DNA of 64,000 nt from Oligoflexales bacterium (GTDB lineage: Bacteria > Bdellovibrionota_B > Oligoflexia > Oligoflexales > RGVZ01). Positions 18,239-28,521 of the stretch are shown piece by piece. The translations under genes and the position numbers were made by a program. The notes under the pieces were generated by a model, which was given only the letters and a program-made list of their open reading frames with translations, had not been told where the DNA came from and did not search any database. Every line of letters starts with the position of its first letter. Position 1 is the stretch's first letter. Location of the stretch: the NCBI GenBank assembly GCA_947494335.1, contig CANLUT010000002.1, positions 579,904 to 643,903 of the forward strand. Direction: 5' to 3'.

Positions 18239-18317
18239 GAGAATCTCCTGGCTAAAAATTTTGACGATACGTTATCCAAACGTGGCTCCAAGGATAGCAT
18301 TCTTTTTCTGATAATGT

Positions 18318-19694
18318 CTAGGCGCGCGGTCCAGTCATCATTGTTGAAATGTAGCGCTCTAAAACTGGTCTAGGAGCAAACGTGGCGTCCAGTTTCTGAA
18401 GGATGGTGAACAGTCCACCAATCTTTCTGTCCAAAAAAATCAGTTCCTGTGGAGGACGGCGAATGCCTTGTTCATACAGAAGACTCTTAACCTTATCGGC
18501 AGCTCGTTGTGCTAATTGGGTGCGTCCCCACATGTATGCGCTATCGTCCAAGAATGGTTCTGCAATCAGTTTTGAAATTGCATAAAAAGATTGAATATCG
18601 GACTCTGTGTCATCGTCTCTCATAATTTTGAGTGATCTTAGAGCGTCAAATAGCCGTTGAGCGTCCTTCTTAAAAACAACTGCATCAATAATGGAATGAT
18701 AGTCTTTGACGAAGGATTGCGGAAATGTCCGGACTGCACCAAAATCAAGCAATACCCATTGATCCTGTCCGTCCTCACTGATCTTGATACGGTAATTTCC
18801 AAAGTGAGGATCTGTTTGCACAGTGCGAAACTTAAAAAATTCCATAAAGAAAAGTTCGAGTATCGCCTCTCCTAGCCGATCTCGACGAGATTGCGGGAGG
18901 TTCATGACGTCAGAGCTATCAACATCATATCCCTCCTGAAACGATGTAAAAATCACGCGCTTTGTTGAGAATTCTCTATTTACCTCCGGGACGACAAACC
19001 GATTGTCGCTAGCAAGCCACTGTGCAAATTGCTCTGTTGCATCGGCTTCCTTTGAATAGTCGACTTCCCGGTGCAGCATGGCGCGTATCTCGGCAAACAG
19101 TCCGTCAAGATTCATATCTTTAGGAATGAATCGAAGTATCGAAAAAATTCGCTTCAATATTGCCAAGTCGCTATCAATAGATTTATCGACACCGGGATAT
19201 TGAACTTTCATGCACCATGTATGCTTATCGCCTGGGACTTTAACCTTGTACACTTGGCCAATTGATGCGGCTCCTAACGGAGTTGGGTCTATGGAGAGCT
19301 GCGTAAATTTTTCCATCCCTAGTGATCTCTTCGTCGACGCCATCATGACTTCAAAACTCACAGGAGGTGAGTCTTTTTGCAGGGATTTCAGGATATCCCG
19401 GACCTCAGGTGGTAAAAAATGTTCGCCATAGATGCTGAATAGCTGACCCGCTTTTTGAAGAGATCCTTTCAATTTACCGAGTTCTGCTGTCAAGCGTGTT
19501 GCTTGATCAATTAGAAAACGCCGAGATAGCTCAGATTTTTCATCTGATTTGATAAAGCTTTTAATAGACAGTAGCGCAGCGTCAGCGCCGGCTTTAAGCG
19601 ATAATGAGAGGAGCCGCGACGAGCGAGAGAAAGAGGATGTGATCAATTCATTTAGGATCCCATCGTCAGTATTTTTATTTTTCTTTCGCGCCAT
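18318..19694 (-). CDS. ABC1/UbiB-family atypical kinase
   Basis: AASIGQVYKV plus the downstream ABC1 kinase-like core (DPHFGNY, LLDFG). Start set to ATG 19694 (MARKKNK...), which is preceded by AGGAGA. The longer track ORF would overlap the divergent gene. Confidence 0.8.
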   Translation of the reverse strand: MARKKNKNTDDGILNELITSSFSRSSRLLSLSLKAGADAALLSIKSFIKSDEKSELSRRFLIDQATRLTAELGKLKGSLQKAGQLFSIYGEHFLPPEVRDILKSLQKDSPPVSFEVMMASTKRSLGMEKFTQLSIDPTPLGAASIGQVYKVKVPGDKHTWCMKVQYPGVDKSIDSDLAILKRIFSILRFIPKDMNLDGLFAEIRAMLHREVDYSKEADATEQFAQWLASDNRFVVPEVNREFSTKRVIFTSFQEGYDVDSSDVMNLPQSRRDRLGEAILELFFMEFFKFRTVQTDPHFGNYRIKISEDGQDQWVLLDFGAVRTFPQSFVKDYHSIIDAVVFKKDAQRLFDALRSLKIMRDDDTESDIQSFYAISKLIAEPFLDDSAYMWGRTQLAQRAADKVKSLLYEQGIRRPPQELIFLDRKIGGLFTILQKLDATFAPRPVLERYISTMMTGPRA

Positions 19695-19784
19695 CTTGGA
19701 AATATCTCCTCTGTCTGGGAGAATTATAGGGAATATTTTTGAAAAAGTCGCTTTTACAGAGTTTACGATATTTGGGGGCAATAA

Positions 19785-20585
19785 ATGAAAATACTGACTA
19801 CGAAACAATTATTCCTCTCGTTGCACTTTTTCGTAGCCTTTTATTGCAGCAGTACACTCGCTAATCCTGTTTCTGTAGATATGGAGCTTCCCTACAAATA
19901 TATTAGCTTTATCGTGAAAGATGCTAAAACGGGCAAGCCGATCAGCGAAGGCCGCGAAGATCTCAGGCAAGAAAATGGTTATATGACAAAGACTACCAAG
20001 TACTGGCTATTTGGCGACCGAAATAAGTCCGTGATTCAGGAAGAGACATGTTCATTTGAGTTGAAATCGCTTCGGCCAAAATATTACAAATTCCAGAACG
20101 CGAAGACTGGCGAATTTGTCTCGTTAACTGGGCCTAATGAGTCGGCCTTCGCCGAAAGTCTCCGTTACAAAGACGCTGCTGATAAACCAGAAGTTTCGGG
20201 CACATTCGCATGGAAAAGTGGCATGATTTTTGGCAAGACACTACATCATTTGATTGTCCGCTCCTGGCCAAAGCTGGTGAAAAATGATCATGAATCATTC
20301 CCTCTCTATGTACCCATGAAGAGAGATCAGTATGTTTTCAGAGTTTCGAAAAAGTCCGATAAGACTGCAGGTGATGTCGTCACGAGAGTGATATCTCTTG
20401 AGCCAGATAACTGGGCTTTTAGACAGCTGGCTCCCTCCATGCTCTTCTTTTACGCCGAGAAAAACGGTGTACCGACAGTGGTTCGATATGAGGGTCCAAC
20501 AACCGTCACAGTGGACAAGGACTCAGATCGCAAAGTGGTCATTGAATTCGCCTACGATTCCGAAATCTCAGGAGCTGCGCTTTAG
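19785..20585 (+). CDS. Hypothetical secreted protein
   Basis: 266-aa ORF with a signal peptide (LFLSLHFFVAFYCSSTLA). No family recognised. Confidence 0.55.
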   Translation: MKILTTKQLFLSLHFFVAFYCSSTLANPVSVDMELPYKYISFIVKDAKTGKPISEGREDLRQENGYMTKTTKYWLFGDRNKSVIQEETCSFELKSLRPKYYKFQNAKTGEFVSLTGPNESAFAESLRYKDAADKPEVSGTFAWKSGMIFGKTLHHLIVRSWPKLVKNDHESFPLYVPMKRDQYVFRVSKKSDKTAGDVVTRVISLEPDNWAFRQLAPSMLFFYAEKNGVPTVVRYEGPTTVTVDKDSDRKVVIEFAYDSEISGAAL

Positions 20586-23500
20586 GGCTTAGGCGAAGAT
20601 TCCTCTGTTGGTGTCTCGCCAGGGTTGCGTCCGCATGCAGAGTATATTTTCATGTAGGACCATGATGTAGATTCGGGCATGAACTTAATCGTCTGGATTT
20701 GGGCCTGTCGCAGTGCGAGGCAGGGGTCGCCCTTTTGCTGAAGGAAGCGATAGAAGTTTTTTGTGACAAAAAGTGTATCACTTTGGTTTTTAGGCGCATC
20801 ACTTCCGATGAAGTCTCTAATGCCTCGTTCAAATAGCGCTTCAGCAACAGTATCGCTATCGGTCGGTTGTGAAAAATACGCAAGCTTAATGCTGTCATTA
20901 CCAATCAATAATTCATCTACACGGATTGCCCCGGTCTTCGTCTGCTTCGAATTGAGCTGAATTTCAGATAGTTTTGGTTCAACGGCATTGGTGTCGTATT
21001 TTGCCGAGATATGAAGAAGATTTTTGCCGCCCAAAGCAGCCTGTACTTTATTTTTCGACATGCCGTCATCATAGAGAATTTGGGAGTCTGGGAAGAATCT
21101 TGGTAAAAGTGTACGCTCCTTAGAGAGAAATGATTTTTTATCTTGGGGAGTCAATACACCCAACACCTTGAGCAGACGGTTATCAGCAAAGTCAATATTT
21201 TTTTGCTGCGGGGTTATATACCCAATGGGCAAATATGAGATTTCAACCGACTCAACCAGATATTTTCCTGATAGTTGTAATCCAGCAAATGGAATGGCAG
21301 ATGTCGTTCGGGTGCTAATTACTCTGAGCCGATCAGAGCGGACAATATCTGCTTGTATCGGACGTAAAAGTGACTCCGAAAGTTGATTTAAAGATCTTTC
21401 TTGAATCTGTTTGTCGCCCAAAGAAAGATCTGTGAGAGTTCTCTCGAGCTCACTTCTCCGTAAATTTAGCTTTCTGTACTCAAGCTTTCGATTCACCAGG
21501 CGGAAAATATGGCTAGATCTTTCTCCGAAGAAATACGCAACAACCAGGCCATCCTTAGAGAGCTGGTTGGCCACATTAATAAACTTTTCTGCCCCTTTGG
21601 AAGAGCTTTTCCCTATATTGTACTCCTTGAGCTTTAACTCGAAATCCAAGGATGTCTCAAATGCCTGGTTCTTGAGATCACTTGATAAGAGCGCCTCAAT
21701 ATAGCGCTCATGAACATCTAGGTAAGATACTTGAGCAATCGAATTGGAGCTGAATTCGGCCTTTAATACGCCGACGGGCATCTTTGAAATATAGTCGTAG
21801 GACTGCTTTAGAAACTCGAGCGAGGTATTATACTTGTTCTGTTTTAGGGCCAGGAGTCCCAGTCCGTATTGAGCGCGCCACTTGAGATTCAAAATCTGAA
21901 ATCGACCTGCTACGTCAAGAGCCACTGAGAGTTTCTTTTCCGCCTCTTCTGTTTGCCCCAGCATGACTAGAATGTCTGCCTCGACCAAAAGAGTAAATAT
22001 GTAGGCGTATCGAATACCTTTGATCACAGGTTTTGAAAGTGATTTATCTAACAGGACTCTGGCGCTTTTAGGGTCGCCGCTCATTCCAATGACAAGTGCA
22101 AGATTAGCGGTTTCTGTGATTGAGAAGGGAACATTTTGGGGATCAATTTTGGCTAGTTCTTCATTGATCGTTATCGCTGATTCGAACAGGGCGGCTGCCT
22201 TTGAGAACTCGCCCCATTGTCTATGCCAGTGGGCAAGGTTGTGCCGAAGGTCTCGTTCAACGATTTTCTGTTTTGTCTCGATCGCCTGTAAAATACTTGA
22301 GTTGAATAGCGCCAGGGATTCCGTTCGTTTTCCTTCTGCCGCCAAAATCATGGCCCTAAGATTGTTTGTTCTTAACTTAAGCGATGCGGAAGTCTGATCG
22401 CTCTTAACTCGAGATATTTGCTTTGCGGCCTCGTTCAGATGAAACTTTGCCTCCGAGAGCCGACTTTGCCAATATAAAGACTCCGCAAGAGCATTATGTA
22501 GTTCCGCAAGTTCGGTCGCGGCTAGGCGTGCGCTATCCTCTTTAAGTAATGCAATCAAAAGATTCTGAGCATTAGTTTCTTCATGAGACTGAATTAAAAT
22601 TCGCGCTGTAACCAATCTAATTTCTAAGCGGACACTTTGACTATTTTGTACCAGTCCGATTTTGTCAGCCTCCGAAAGCAGTTTTTTTGCCTCGGCGAAG
22701 TCGAAAAGCTCATAGGCGTTAATCTTTGCTAATCTCAGATTGCATATGGCTAATTTTCCCCAGTCCTTAGCTTTTTGGTAATATCCCTTGGCAGTGAGAA
22801 GACTTTTAATTGCCTCATCAAATCTGCGCCTTTGCTGATGAATGATTCCCTGTAAATCATGGACTCTTGCCAAATCATCTGGCTTGAGTGTACTGGCCTG
22901 TTTTGATGAAAGAACCCGTGCCAAGATCCGCTCTGCATCGTCAAATCTTCCGCCTTTTTGTTGAATCTCAGCGGCTTCAATGTCCTTTAAAGTCGATTGA
23001 TCCTTTTTTAGTTCCTCAGAAAAGTGGCGTTGCGCATTCAAAAAGTAGACCAAGTCAGTTTTGTTATTTTGTTCAAGTGCAGTGTGATAGGCCAAGTTTG
23101 AGGCTTTATAAAGCTCCTCTTTGTTTCCTGAAAGCCATGCATAATAGAATGACTCGCGGGCTCGAAGGTATGCCAATTCCGGCTCCCCCGATCTTTTTGA
23201 CGTCTCAGATTCAGCCATCGCCCGCTGAAAATATTTCGACGACTGCTCATTGGCTACCTTGGCATTAACCCCCGGGTATCCGATAATTAAGGCTTGATCG
23301 AATAGATCCTGACTTACATCTTCCAATGGTGATTCATAAAATTGTGCCCTCAGAGACGTATTTGCAGTGTTCTCAATTTTTCTAGTGATGACGAGGGGTC
23401 TTGTTTTCCCTGTAGCCACGCCCTGCAAAAATCCCCGGAAAAACTGTGATCCAGAATCATTTTCTGAGATTAGCTCTGCATCAAAATGAAGAGGGCGATT

Positions 23501-26500
23501 GGCGATGATGTTTGGTAGAAAATCTGGGCTTGGAATAAACGAGATGGTTAATTTAGGACGCGACTTCGACCACCTGAGGATTTGTTCAAAGATCAAAGTG
23601 TTATCGGTTACAACATAGAGGCGGTCGATGGTTTTATTGCCCACCCGCTCGTTTAGAATTTTACTGATTGAATTTTGGTTGACGGATTTTGTCTCTGAAT
23701 CAGGTGCAATGGTTCGGATTCCTTCTTCTCCCATTGGAGAAATGAAAGACAGGGTGACGACTCCGTCATCACCTTTGTAGAACGTGACCATAACTTCTGA
23801 GGCATTGAGAGCTGCGCCAATTCGCTCCGCTTTTCCAATTCGGAACAGCTCAGAAACCTGAGACGTTATTTGATTTTGGCTTTCGCCCTGGCCTCCTTGA
23901 ATGATGAGGCGAGACATGATCGAAAAGTATTGGCGTAGAAGTCGTAACTTAGCGTCGGCGTCAGCATCGTTTTTGGCCAGTTGTGTCTCCACACATGTGC
24001 GCATTAATGTGGCATCGTTTTCAAGGATCTTTCCTCCTGAGCTTACATGAGAGGATAAAGCCTCGATGGCTTGGGTGCACAGACCTCGTGTGGCCAGGTA
24101 TTTCCAGGCAAGACCAGGCCTTGAGACGGCGGATCTTCGAAACTCAATGTGTGAGCTGAGAATTTCCTGGCGATTTGGATTCTTAGCAGCCTCGTCACGA
24201 TCCAGATTTAGGTTCGCGCTATTGACGAATGGTAGCTCTAGCCCGAGTTTCTGCGCCAAGAGGATCGACTCCTGAAACTTTGACTGCGCGATCGATCGTC
24301 TTTCATCTGTGGTGAGAATGTCTGAGGATATAATCTGTGCTAGTACCGAGTTCAGCGCAGCAGCGGCTAGCGATGCGTCACGATTACCAGAGGCCACTGG
24401 TTTTGAAAGTTCGTTGAGGGCCTGCGTTAACTGCTTTTCAATTTGGGCTTGCTCTTCTTTTGGTAGGGTCTTTAAGTCAGCGCGTCGAAGCTGAGTTCGC
24501 GCAAGGTCAAGAAGATTTATCCATTCAGACCTCGATGGGAACTCCTGGCCTTTTGAACGTAGGGTCTGCGCATATCCTAAACCTTCACTAAAATGCTTCA
24601 TTGCTTCTGGAAGCTGCCCCATGTTGGCGAGAAGGTATCCGAGATTATTATGAGACACTGCAAGATCTTCTGATAAATAGCCTTCTCCAAATCCGAATTT
24701 TTTTCCTCTTTTACGTTTCTCGTTTAGAAGCGCTATTTTCTGAATCAACTCGTCCTGCGCCTTTTTCAGGTCCCCTTGTCCTTCCCGTATTTGAGCTCTG
24801 AATGAGGCGATCTGAATTTTTTGATCTAAAGAGGTGAAACCCCGCGCCGCAGAATTCTCGCCAGCTATATCAATAAGAATTCCGTCGGATGTCTTAAGGT
24901 TATCTTCAGTTTTGATTTCGGCTAACAGGATTTCTGCTTTTGCGTATTGCTCGAGCGCCTGTTCACGTTTGCTGGCCATCATGAAGCAGTAGGCAATATT
25001 GATTCTTGTTGTGACCAAGTTGGCCTTGTTTCCCAGTTTTGATTGAACCTCAAGAAGTTTAGAGTAGGCTACCCTTGCTTCTTCGACTTTCCCTTGCTCC
25101 CGTAAGGTCAATGCGAGTGCGTCAATAGCGTAAGCCTTATCGATGTCGCTACCGTATGATATTGCAAGCTGCAGTGAGCGTTTTTGCATCGTTTCGGCTA
25201 CTTTCAATTCGTCAGCAAAAAACGCAGAACGACCAGCATGGCGGAATAAACGCATTTCAGATCTCTGGTCAGCAAATGGTCTAAGCTGCAGCATAGATAT
25301 GCGCCTCAGGTAGTGCCTCAGGCTCAGAGTAAAGGTTTGGTTTTCAAAATACGAGTTAGCTAATTGGAGTGAGAGCTCGGCCTTATCGGCTGATTCCTCG
25401 TCTGCTAAGTAGTATGCCGTCAAGCTTGAATCGATGGAGAGTTCGAACCAATTGGGGTCTGAAAATCCAAAAAATGACTTTGTATTGGTCCAGGAGGATG
25501 CGAGCCTTCCTGTAAATGATTTGTCCATGCTTTCAGCTTGAGCGCTGTGCGCCTTTTCAAGATAGAGTTTTCCAAGAAGTTTGTGGAACTGCGGTATTTG
25601 TCCGTTTATCTGCCTAGCGTTTTCCAGAATTTCAATAGCCTCCGAGATAGCTTTTGTCCTTATACTGGATGTTGTTCGTTTCTGTTTTTGCAATGCATAG
25701 GCGAGTAAGTAAAGTCGAACGGGATCTCGCGGCGCTTCTTCCGACAAGGTCCGTCGAGATTTTATCGTGGTTGAAAGCTCATCCAGAACTTCAGCAACAT
25801 CAATCATGCCTTCTTGAGCCGATATGTTGCCTGGATTGATCTCCGTAGATTTTTCAAATGCTCTTCGAGCAAGTGCGCTTTCACCTTCGTTTAGAAGAAT
25901 TCGACCACGCCTGACATAAAATTCCGATTCCATTTGAGCCGCTTCGCTGCGATCTGAATAGGTAGATTTTTTTATTGCTTCGCGCAAATCGTCAAAAACA
26001 GCGAGAACGATTGAAATTCGACCATTCGATTCTTCTCTTTTTATCAGAAACCGGGCGGCTTCAAGATATATGTGAGGCGGGGCCTCTGCTTCCTTTAAAA
26101 GTAATCTGTATTCGCTACTCGCAGCGTCCGCCTTATCGGTTAGTGCCATGACTTCGCCAAGGCGTTTTCGAATGTACCCACGAAGCGTTCCCGACCCTCG
26201 ACATCTTTCTAAAATGTCATTCAATTTCGAAATGGCCTCTGGATCATTTGGTTTTATTGCGTCCATGAGGTCGATGGCAGCATAGTGTAGCGTCGTCTTT
26301 TCTCCCGGAAATTTGCGCTCTAATTGGATTAGAACGGCTGTTGCCTCTTGGAGTCGTCGTCTTGCGGCTTCAATGCGAACCAGGTAGCCTAATGCCTTGG
26401 CTGCGTCATATTGATGGTGAGACGACTCCCCCGCAATAGATCTCAAAGTGATTTCAGCCAAGCGAAAGTCGCCCTTCGTTGCTGCGATTTCACTCAAGAC

Positions 26501-27940
26501 AATGTCGGCTTTTATCCGAATTTGTTCCGAAACAGCTGATGTCTGCGTTTTTCTACCCTTAATGCTTTTTGCAACACTTTCCCATTCATTCAAACGTGTC
26601 GAGAAGTCGTCTGGCTGTGGAAGTTCTGGGTCAGGGAAGCGATAAGGCGAGATCTTTAACGATAACATTTGAAGGTCGGCGATGGACTGAAGATCTTGGT
26701 TGTCTCGAAACTCGTCCGCAATTTTTTTACGCAGGTTACTCGCCTCAATTCTTCGACCTAGTTCAGTCAACCATGCGAGTTCCTTGAGTGCTAATTCACC
26801 AGCTAGTTTTTGATCATTATTTTGTGCAGCCAGTGCGGCGCCTCGACGTAGAACGAATAATTTATCGTCGTCATCATTCACCTTTTCGAAAGTCTCACTG
26901 ACATCCACGAGTGAGGTTTGACTTTTGACGTGGCCAAAATCCGGTAGCCGATAAATGTCTAAGCTGTCTGAATCTTCGCTAGCAAAGTAAATATACGGTG
27001 AGAAGCTACGCGGATAAAATGCTGATCTTGAGCTGCTCGATAATGGAGCGATCTTGAAAGACTCAAGAGACGTCTTCCGCTCGACTTGTGCCGATGTTCT
27101 CAGGCTCCAAATGGTCGGTCGGTCCTCTGGAGTCAACTGGCCGTCACTATTTGTATCATCTGCGTAGCGAATAAAGGTGACCGTATCGTTGTCTGAGGAG
27201 AAATTCGGGTGGCCATCTTGTCCCATTATACCGTCTGTAAGGGGGTGCTCCTGACTATTTGTCAGGCTATAAAGATACAGTCGCCCGCCTCTTGAATAGA
27301 CGATCTTTGTTCCATCGGGGCTCACGCTTGGGTAATCGCCGCGGATTTCTGCAAGACTTGAAATTTTAGCTTCCTTATCCACATTAGCCAAATATAGCCT
27401 AGGCTCCTTGTTGCCCATTTCCCGTGCTGAAAAAACAATTTTCTTGCTATTCGGAAACCATGCAGGGCTGCGGTTTTCCAGTTCGCGCAGGTTGATGTCA
27501 ATAAGTGTTGGTTCAATGATTCCGCCCAAATTCGAGATATTTGCACCCATTTCCATAATGTGAATGGCACCGGCAGCATTTGTTCTTCTTGAAACGAATG
27601 CTATATATTTGCCATTTGGTGACATGACGGGGGAAAAGTCATCGGCAGGATGACTGGTTATCGGCGTCCCATAGCCCCCTCGGGTCTTCTTAACAAAGAT
27701 GTCCTTATTTCCGTTACGGTCTGATGTATAAAACATATAAGACCCGTTTGGTGACAGAGTCGGGCTGAAGTTTGATTCGTTTCCGATTGTGATTCTTGTT
27801 GGGCTTTCGAAGGTTTCGTTTAGTTGCGGTAAACCAAACTCGGTTTTGGACGTGTACCTTCTGCTCGCGCAGTTATATGCTGAAAACGCGAAAAGACTCG
27901 CTAAAATAGTAATTTTAAGATTTCTAGAAATGAATCTCAT
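20582..27940 (-). CDS. Giant lipoprotein: TolB-like beta-propeller, extended TPR arrays and a C-terminal CHAT-like domain with degenerate catalytic residues
   Basis: Start set to ATG 27940 (MRFISRNLKITILASLFAFSAYNC, a lipobox), 2 nt after the upstream stop. PD40/TolB-type repeats include FSPTLSPNGSYMFYTSDRNG, FSPVMSPNGKYIAFVSRR and PSVSPDGTKIVYS. Many TPR-like helices follow. The last 323 aa match the CHAT pattern (LRVISTRTTSAIPFAGL, ISYLP, LLHISAKYD, KLAYFSQPTD, FYRFL...ALRQAQ). Confidence 0.8.
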   Translation of the reverse strand: MRFISRNLKITILASLFAFSAYNCASRRYTSKTEFGLPQLNETFESPTRITIGNESNFSPTLSPNGSYMFYTSDRNGNKDIFVKKTRGGYGTPITSHPADDFSPVMSPNGKYIAFVSRRTNAAGAIHIMEMGANISNLGGIIEPTLIDINLRELENRSPAWFPNSKKIVFSAREMGNKEPRLYLANVDKEAKISSLAEIRGDYPSVSPDGTKIVYSRGGRLYLYSLTNSQEHPLTDGIMGQDGHPNFSSDNDTVTFIRYADDTNSDGQLTPEDRPTIWSLRTSAQVERKTSLESFKIAPLSSSSRSAFYPRSFSPYIYFASEDSDSLDIYRLPDFGHVKSQTSLVDVSETFEKVNDDDDKLFVLRRGAALAAQNNDQKLAGELALKELAWLTELGRRIEASNLRKKIADEFRDNQDLQSIADLQMLSLKISPYRFPDPELPQPDDFSTRLNEWESVAKSIKGRKTQTSAVSEQIRIKADIVLSEIAATKGDFRLAEITLRSIAGESSHHQYDAAKALGYLVRIEAARRRLQEATAVLIQLERKFPGEKTTLHYAAIDLMDAIKPNDPEAISKLNDILERCRGSGTLRGYIRKRLGEVMALTDKADAASSEYRLLLKEAEAPPHIYLEAARFLIKREESNGRISIVLAVFDDLREAIKKSTYSDRSEAAQMESEFYVRRGRILLNEGESALARRAFEKSTEINPGNISAQEGMIDVAEVLDELSTTIKSRRTLSEEAPRDPVRLYLLAYALQKQKRTTSSIRTKAISEAIEILENARQINGQIPQFHKLLGKLYLEKAHSAQAESMDKSFTGRLASSWTNTKSFFGFSDPNWFELSIDSSLTAYYLADEESADKAELSLQLANSYFENQTFTLSLRHYLRRISMLQLRPFADQRSEMRLFRHAGRSAFFADELKVAETMQKRSLQLAISYGSDIDKAYAIDALALTLREQGKVEEARVAYSKLLEVQSKLGNKANLVTTRINIAYCFMMASKREQALEQYAKAEILLAEIKTEDNLKTSDGILIDIAGENSAARGFTSLDQKIQIASFRAQIREGQGDLKKAQDELIQKIALLNEKRKRGKKFGFGEGYLSEDLAVSHNNLGYLLANMGQLPEAMKHFSEGLGYAQTLRSKGQEFPSRSEWINLLDLARTQLRRADLKTLPKEEQAQIEKQLTQALNELSKPVASGNRDASLAAAALNSVLAQIISSDILTTDERRSIAQSKFQESILLAQKLGLELPFVNSANLNLDRDEAAKNPNRQEILSSHIEFRRSAVSRPGLAWKYLATRGLCTQAIEALSSHVSSGGKILENDATLMRTCVETQLAKNDADADAKLRLLRQYFSIMSRLIIQGGQGESQNQITSQVSELFRIGKAERIGAALNASEVMVTFYKGDDGVVTLSFISPMGEEGIRTIAPDSETKSVNQNSISKILNERVGNKTIDRLYVVTDNTLIFEQILRWSKSRPKLTISFIPSPDFLPNIIANRPLHFDAELISENDSGSQFFRGFLQGVATGKTRPLVITRKIENTANTSLRAQFYESPLEDVSQDLFDQALIIGYPGVNAKVANEQSSKYFQRAMAESETSKRSGEPELAYLRARESFYYAWLSGNKEELYKASNLAYHTALEQNNKTDLVYFLNAQRHFSEELKKDQSTLKDIEAAEIQQKGGRFDDAERILARVLSSKQASTLKPDDLARVHDLQGIIHQQRRRFDEAIKSLLTAKGYYQKAKDWGKLAICNLRLAKINAYELFDFAEAKKLLSEADKIGLVQNSQSVRLEIRLVTARILIQSHEETNAQNLLIALLKEDSARLAATELAELHNALAESLYWQSRLSEAKFHLNEAAKQISRVKSDQTSASLKLRTNNLRAMILAAEGKRTESLALFNSSILQAIETKQKIVERDLRHNLAHWHRQWGEFSKAAALFESAITINEELAKIDPQNVPFSITETANLALVIGMSGDPKSARVLLDKSLSKPVIKGIRYAYIFTLLVEADILVMLGQTEEAEKKLSVALDVAGRFQILNLKWRAQYGLGLLALKQNKYNTSLEFLKQSYDYISKMPVGVLKAEFSSNSIAQVSYLDVHERYIEALLSSDLKNQAFETSLDFELKLKEYNIGKSSSKGAEKFINVANQLSKDGLVVAYFFGERSSHIFRLVNRKLEYRKLNLRRSELERTLTDLSLGDKQIQERSLNQLSESLLRPIQADIVRSDRLRVISTRTTSAIPFAGLQLSGKYLVESVEISYLPIGYITPQQKNIDFADNRLLKVLGVLTPQDKKSFLSKERTLLPRFFPDSQILYDDGMSKNKVQAALGGKNLLHISAKYDTNAVEPKLSEIQLNSKQTKTGAIRVDELLIGNDSIKLAYFSQPTDSDTVAEALFERGIRDFIGSDAPKNQSDTLFVTKNFYRFLQQKGDPCLALRQAQIQTIKFMPESTSWSYMKIYSACGRNPGETPTEESSPKP

Positions 27941-27942
27941 GA

Positions 27943-28521
27943 TTATTGCTTGACCGTCCACCGATTGCCCACATTGAACCAATGTCCTGTTGGAGATTTC
28001 TCAAAGATATCTCGCGCAAAATTTGTACGAATTTGAGATTCCTCCGAATCTTTTGACTTGGCCTCGTCGGTGATTGAGCTCTTCCAAATAATGCCGCGAT
28101 CACGATTTTCCTCGTCTATCAATGCCTCGGCCAGCTTGATTTGCTCGGGTGACGCCTGCGTAACTCCGCCGAGGGATTTTGGGAGCAAGCCGACAGAACC
28201 GTCAGAAGTTTCTCCGATGATTCCGTTATCTTTGAGTTCTTTAATATCGTCAGCATTGAACTCTCGGTTTTTCTGTGCGCGCTCGAGCTCGACGGTTGCT
28301 AGAGACTTTCGTTGTGACTTTACCTCAATATCCTTTGAAGTTTTTTCAAAGTTAGTAACGATAAGGTCGTCTTCAAGCTCTCGATAGTTCCCCATGATCT
28401 GATTCTCTAGTGCTGTTTTTTGAGATGTCAGCTCAAATTTGAAGGAGCAAGCGCTTAGAAGTAGTGCGCTCGTGATTGTTAGGATTCGAAGTTCCGGTAA
28501 GCGATTAGTGTGCAGAATCAT
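27943..28521 (-). CDS. DUF1318/YdbL-like lipoprotein
   Basis: Lipobox LLLSAC. GIIGETSDGSVGLLPK, EALIDEENRDRGIIW and the C-terminal GHWFNVGNRWTVKQ resemble E. coli YdbL family features. Overlaps the upstream gene by 17 nt. Confidence 0.55.
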   Translation of the reverse strand: MILHTNRLPELRILTITSALLLSACSFKFELTSQKTALENQIMGNYRELEDDLIVTNFEKTSKDIEVKSQRKSLATVELERAQKNREFNADDIKELKDNGIIGETSDGSVGLLPKSLGGVTQASPEQIKLAEALIDEENRDRGIIWKSSITDEAKSKDSEESQIRTNFARDIFEKSPTGHWFNVGNRWTVKQ

